Source: the human T2T-CHM13v2.0 reference genome, Homo sapiens. Taken from it: DNA of 64,000 nt. Below the pieces are notes generated by a model. It saw nothing but the letters and a program-made list of their open reading frames with translations. It searched no databases and was not told the DNA's origin. Location: NCBI RefSeq assembly GCF_009914755.1, contig NC_060943.1. One strand, given 5' to 3'. The position numbers and the translations under genes are program-made. Position 1 is the stretch's first letter, and each line of letters opens with the position of its first letter. Below, one piece after another: positions 58,075-64,000 of the stretch.

Positions 58075-59077
58075 CCTCCGGCCCGGAGCCCGGCGGGGGG
58101 CGGGGGGCGCCCAGACTGCCCCCACCCCCCACCCCACGCCCTCGCCCACCCCCCGCCGGGGACCTCTCCATGGGGTGGGGGACCTCCCCCTGGTGGCATT
58201 CCCCAAGCGCCCCACCACCACCGCGGTGGCATTCCCCAGCCCCGCCCCCCAACGGTATTCCCGGCCCCCCTCCCCCTAGGCGGTGTTCCCGGACCGCCTC
58301 CCGCACGCAGCCCCTCTTCGAGCCTGAGCCGCGGGACCCCGCGCGTAAAGGCGCCCTCGGCCCACCCCGGCCACCCAAAGACGGCAGGGGGCCGGAGTCG
58401 CAAATCCCCACCCACCCACTGTTGGGACACCCACCCTGGCTACCTAAAACCTCGGACAGCGGGCATTGGGGGGCGTGGGGGGGCGACACGCTCGTGCGCT
58501 CCCATGAATCGGGTCACCAAGGGTCTCCTTTAGCTGGGGGAAGGGGCTTCCTTCCCGGGCACTGAGACCACTCTAAGGATCCTTCGGTCATTTCGTGCCC
58601 CCAGGGTGGCGTGATCCAGGGCCAGCAGACGAAATTGTTTGGGTGCAGGTGCGGTCCTGGGGTCACTTCGGCCACGGGAGGAGTTCCCACGACTACCAAG
58701 GGCAGTTTCCTACCCAGGGACCACGGAGACCTGGCACGCGGCTTTTAGGAGGCGAGTCCCGGGCAGGTGTCTACTTGCAACTTTAACTTTGGGTGGGGGC
58801 GGGGCACTCACGCTTCGGACCTTCCTCGCGGCCCCGGGGACCCCGCTCCCGGCCCGCTCCCTCGGGGGAGCGGGAAACGCAGTGCCCTCGCCGCCCACCC
58901 GTCCGCCCACGCATCAGCCGGCGGCGGCGGCCGCTGGGCCGCGGAGAGGAGCGCCGGGCTGGTTTTAATTTCCTCTGTTTTGCCTGCACTCACGCCCCCT
59001 CCTGGCGTCCCCGCATCACCTCGCTCCGCCGCCGCCGTCGCCCTCAGCCCGCGGCCGCCGCCGTCTGGAGGCGGCGA

Positions 59078-59084
59078 TGACTCA
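59078..59084. promoter_or_regulatory. AP-1 site TGACTCA
   Basis: Exact consensus at the distal edge of the CpG island; function untested. Confidence 0.45.
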
Positions 59085-59636
59085 GGCCTTTCCAGGCGGC
59101 GGCCTGGGGCTGAGGGCTCTGGCTGGGGAGGAGCGCCAAGCATGAGCGGGGAGGGGGGCTAGGGGTCTCGAACCGTCTTTTTTTCTGAGCTGGACAACAC
59201 CAAGATGCAAGTGTGACCTGTAGGGATGACTGTTCCTCTCTGCCTCAGTTTCCCCATCTGCAAAGTGGGTGGTGGAGACCTAACACGTGTAAAGGGCTTG
59301 GTCATCCTGAGAATCAGGTAATTTACTGAGCATCTACTATGTCCCAGGCACTGTGAACAACAGACAAAAATGCCTGCCTGTGTGAAATTGAATATTCTTT
59401 TTCTTTTCTCTCTCTTTTTTTTTTTTTTGGTAGAGATGGGCATCTCGCTATGTTGCCCAGGCTGGTCTCGAACCCCTGGCCTCAATCGATCCTCCCACCT
59501 TGGCCTCCCAAAGTGTTGGCATTCCAAGAGTGAGCCTCCGGGTTGGATGTGAAGATGAATATTCTATGGGGTGAGACAGTCAAGAAATACGGGAAAAAAG
59601 TAAAGTACATAAGATATTAGGAGGAAGGGGAAGTAA

Positions 59637-59915
<279 letters not shown>

Positions 59916-60234
59916 TGATCTGCCCACCTCGGCCTCCCAAAGTGCTGGAATTAGAGGCGTGAACCACCGCGCCTGGCGAGAAAGGGACGTTTAAGCAGAG
60001 ACCTGAAGTGAGGAAGGGAACCATCTGGATATCTGGGGGAAGAGAGTTCCACGCAACAGGAACAGCAAGTGCAAAGGCCCTGGGGCAGGAGTGTTTGAGG
60101 ACCAGGAAGGAGGCCAGTGTAGTTGGAGTGAGCCAGGGGGAGAATAAGGAATGATGATGTTTGTAAAATACTTTACAAGTGTCTGGGACATGGTAAGTTT
60201 TTCAAATAGTAGCTACCATTGTTGTTATTATTTA

Positions 60235-60666
<432 letters not shown>

Positions 60667-61337
60667 TCAGAGAGGAGAGGGACCCAGATCAGGGGAACCC
60701 AGCAGGGAAGTGGGGGCCCAGGTTTTGAAACCAGGACTGTCTGATTTCAGACCCTAAGACCAACTGGGCTCCAGGCCTCCTGGCTTAGACAATTTGGGAC
60801 CCAAACAAACTTTCTCACTCTCTGGCCATGGGTGCTGTGGGAAACTGCCTTAGTTCAGCGCATCCAGGCTTCTCCAAGGAGTGGTCTGTGCTCGAGTTTG
60901 CACTTGCTTGCATTTAACTCCTTGCCTCCCACCTCCCCAACGTTTCCAAAACTCCTCTCACCAAAGGTGCCAATTTGCCAGGTCCACACCCTCATGCCAG
61001 TCCTCATTAGATCATTCTCACAGTCAGTCAGTCCCCACTCACCATCACCTTCTTGAAACTCCTTTTTCCCTTGACTTCAGAGACACGGTATCACTTCCTA
61101 GTTCTGCACCCACCTCTCTGGCTGTGCCGTCGCTGTCTCCTGCTACTCCCTAAAACTCTGTATCTTTCAGGGCTTTGTCCTGGGTTCCCTGCCGCTCTCA
61201 TTCTGCCTGGACCATCACACCCACTCTCAAGGTTTTGGCTCCATCTGGGACACTGCAACCTCAGGACCTTTGAACTTCCTGTTCCTTCTACACAAAATAC
61301 ATCAAGGATGCCCCCCATGGCTTGTTCCTTTACTTAA

Positions 61338-61814
<477 letters not shown>

Positions 61815-62039
61815 TAGCTTATGCCAGATTTCCTCATCATCCCATGTGGCTTCTCAACTCTTTCTTCTCCCACTTAACCAATTCCCTGTATTAAATTTCC
61901 CCTCTCTGAAACACGTAGAGTAGTTTGTTTCCCTAACAAGACCCTCAGTGATATGGTGATCTTATCCAAAGGACCTTCCCTGGCCACCTCATCTACAATC
62001 TGAACACCCCACCACTCTGTGCCACTTACCCTACTTTAG

Positions 62040-62354
<315 letters not shown>

Positions 62355-62378
62355 TAGTTCTTTTATCTTTTTTTTTAA

Positions 62379-62486
<108 letters not shown>

Positions 62487-62679
62487 TGAATAGGTGAGAC
62501 TACAGAGGCACACCACCGTGCCCAGCTAATTTTTTAAGTTTTCTGTAGAGATGGGGTCTCACTATGTTGCCCGGGCTGGTCTCAAACTCTTGGGCTCAGG
62601 CAATCCACCTGCCTCAGCCTCCCAAAATGCTGGGATTGTAGGCATAAGCCACCACGCCAGACCCTAAAACTCTTTTTAA

Positions 62680-63216
62680 AGACCCAGCAATTCCATCTAC
62701 CCAAGAGAAACCAAAGCATATGTCTATGAAAAGACCTAAACATGAATATTCATAGCAGCATTGGTCATAATGAATGAAACAATCCAAAGACCCATCAACT
62801 GGTGAGTGAATAAACAAATTGCGGTACATCCATACAATGGAATGCCATTCCACCATAAAAAGGAATTTGCTCCTGATATATGCTACAATGTGGATGATCC
62901 TCAAAAACATTTTGCTAAGTAAAAGGAGCCAGACGCAAAAGACCACATAGTTTATGATTCTATTTATACATAATGTCCAGGGACAGCAAATCAATACAGA
63001 CAGAAAGTAGACGAGAGATTGCCTGCAAGTGGGGGTGGGAGTGGAGATGGAATGCAAATGGGCACGGGGGCTGTTTTGGAGGTGATGAAAATGTCCTAAA
63101 ATTGGATCGGGGTGATGGCTGCACAACTCTGTAAATTTACGAAAAGTCACTCAATTGCACGCTTACACAGGTGAATTTTATGCTCTGTAAATTATACCTC
63201 CATAAAACTGCTGAAA
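62680..63216 (+). mobile_element. L1M (L1MB/ME-like) 3' fragment
   Basis: gacccagcaattcc..catccatacaatggaat..aaaaggagccagac..gtgatggctgcacaactctgtaaat..aattatacctc. Confidence 0.85.
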
Positions 63217-63294
63217 AGGGAAGATCCACCAGGCACGGTGGCTCACGCCTGCAATCCCAGCACCTTGGGAAGCTGAAGCGGGAGAATTGCTTGA

Positions 63295-63543
<249 letters not shown>

Positions 63544-63780
63544 TAGCCAGGATGGTCTCGATCTCCTGACCTCGTAATCCACCTGCCTCGGCCTCCCAAA
63601 GTGCTGGGATTTACAGGCATGAGACACCTTGCCCGGCCGAGACCTCATTTCTTCCTATTCATTTATTTATTTGAGACAGAGTCTCGCTCTGTCACTCAGG
63701 CTGGAGTGCAGTGGCCTGATCTTGGCTCACTGCAACCTTCCCCTCTGGGTTCAAGTGATTCCCTTACCTCAGCCTCCTGA

Positions 63781-63999
<219 letters not shown>

Positions 64000-64000
64000 T

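Noticed and set aside
58444-58465. REST/RE1-like ACCTCGGACAGCG
   Set aside because: Only the right half matches; the TTCAGC left half is absent.

Overview
This is human-type (primate, Alu-saturated) genomic DNA covering most of OLFM2 (olfactomedin-2/noelin-2) on the minus strand; from recall the locus is chr19p13.2. A CpG-island promoter (TATA-like box, perfect CRE, GC boxes) at about 57.3-59.2 kb drives a first coding exon ([17 protein letters not shown]..., paralogous to the OLFM1 'B' N-terminus). A 52.7-kb intron follows, then four internal coding exons (150, 147, 220 and 107 nt) with canonical GT-AG sites. The last, olfactomedin-domain exon lies left of position 1. The long intron is mostly Alu, with L2, MIR, MaLR/ERVL LTR, L1M and MER44 relics, microsatellites and a few unique enhancer-like islands. 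Nearly all other ORFs in the track are Alu or simple-repeat artefacts. There is no CRISPR array, RNA gene or operon-like system. The best candidates for undescribed biology are gene-regulatory: (1) inverted RGGTCA/DR1 arrays flanking exon 4 that could pair in the pre-mRNA across the exon; (2) an intron-2 minisatellite whose units read AG|GTGAG on the transcribed strand; (3) an out-of-frame uORF overlapping the signal-peptide exon; (4) two extra splice donors in the upstream CpG-island lobe; (5) a possible stop-free 624-nt exon 2-5 circRNA. All five are hypotheses from sequence reading. Repeat boundaries and subfamily names are by-eye estimates.
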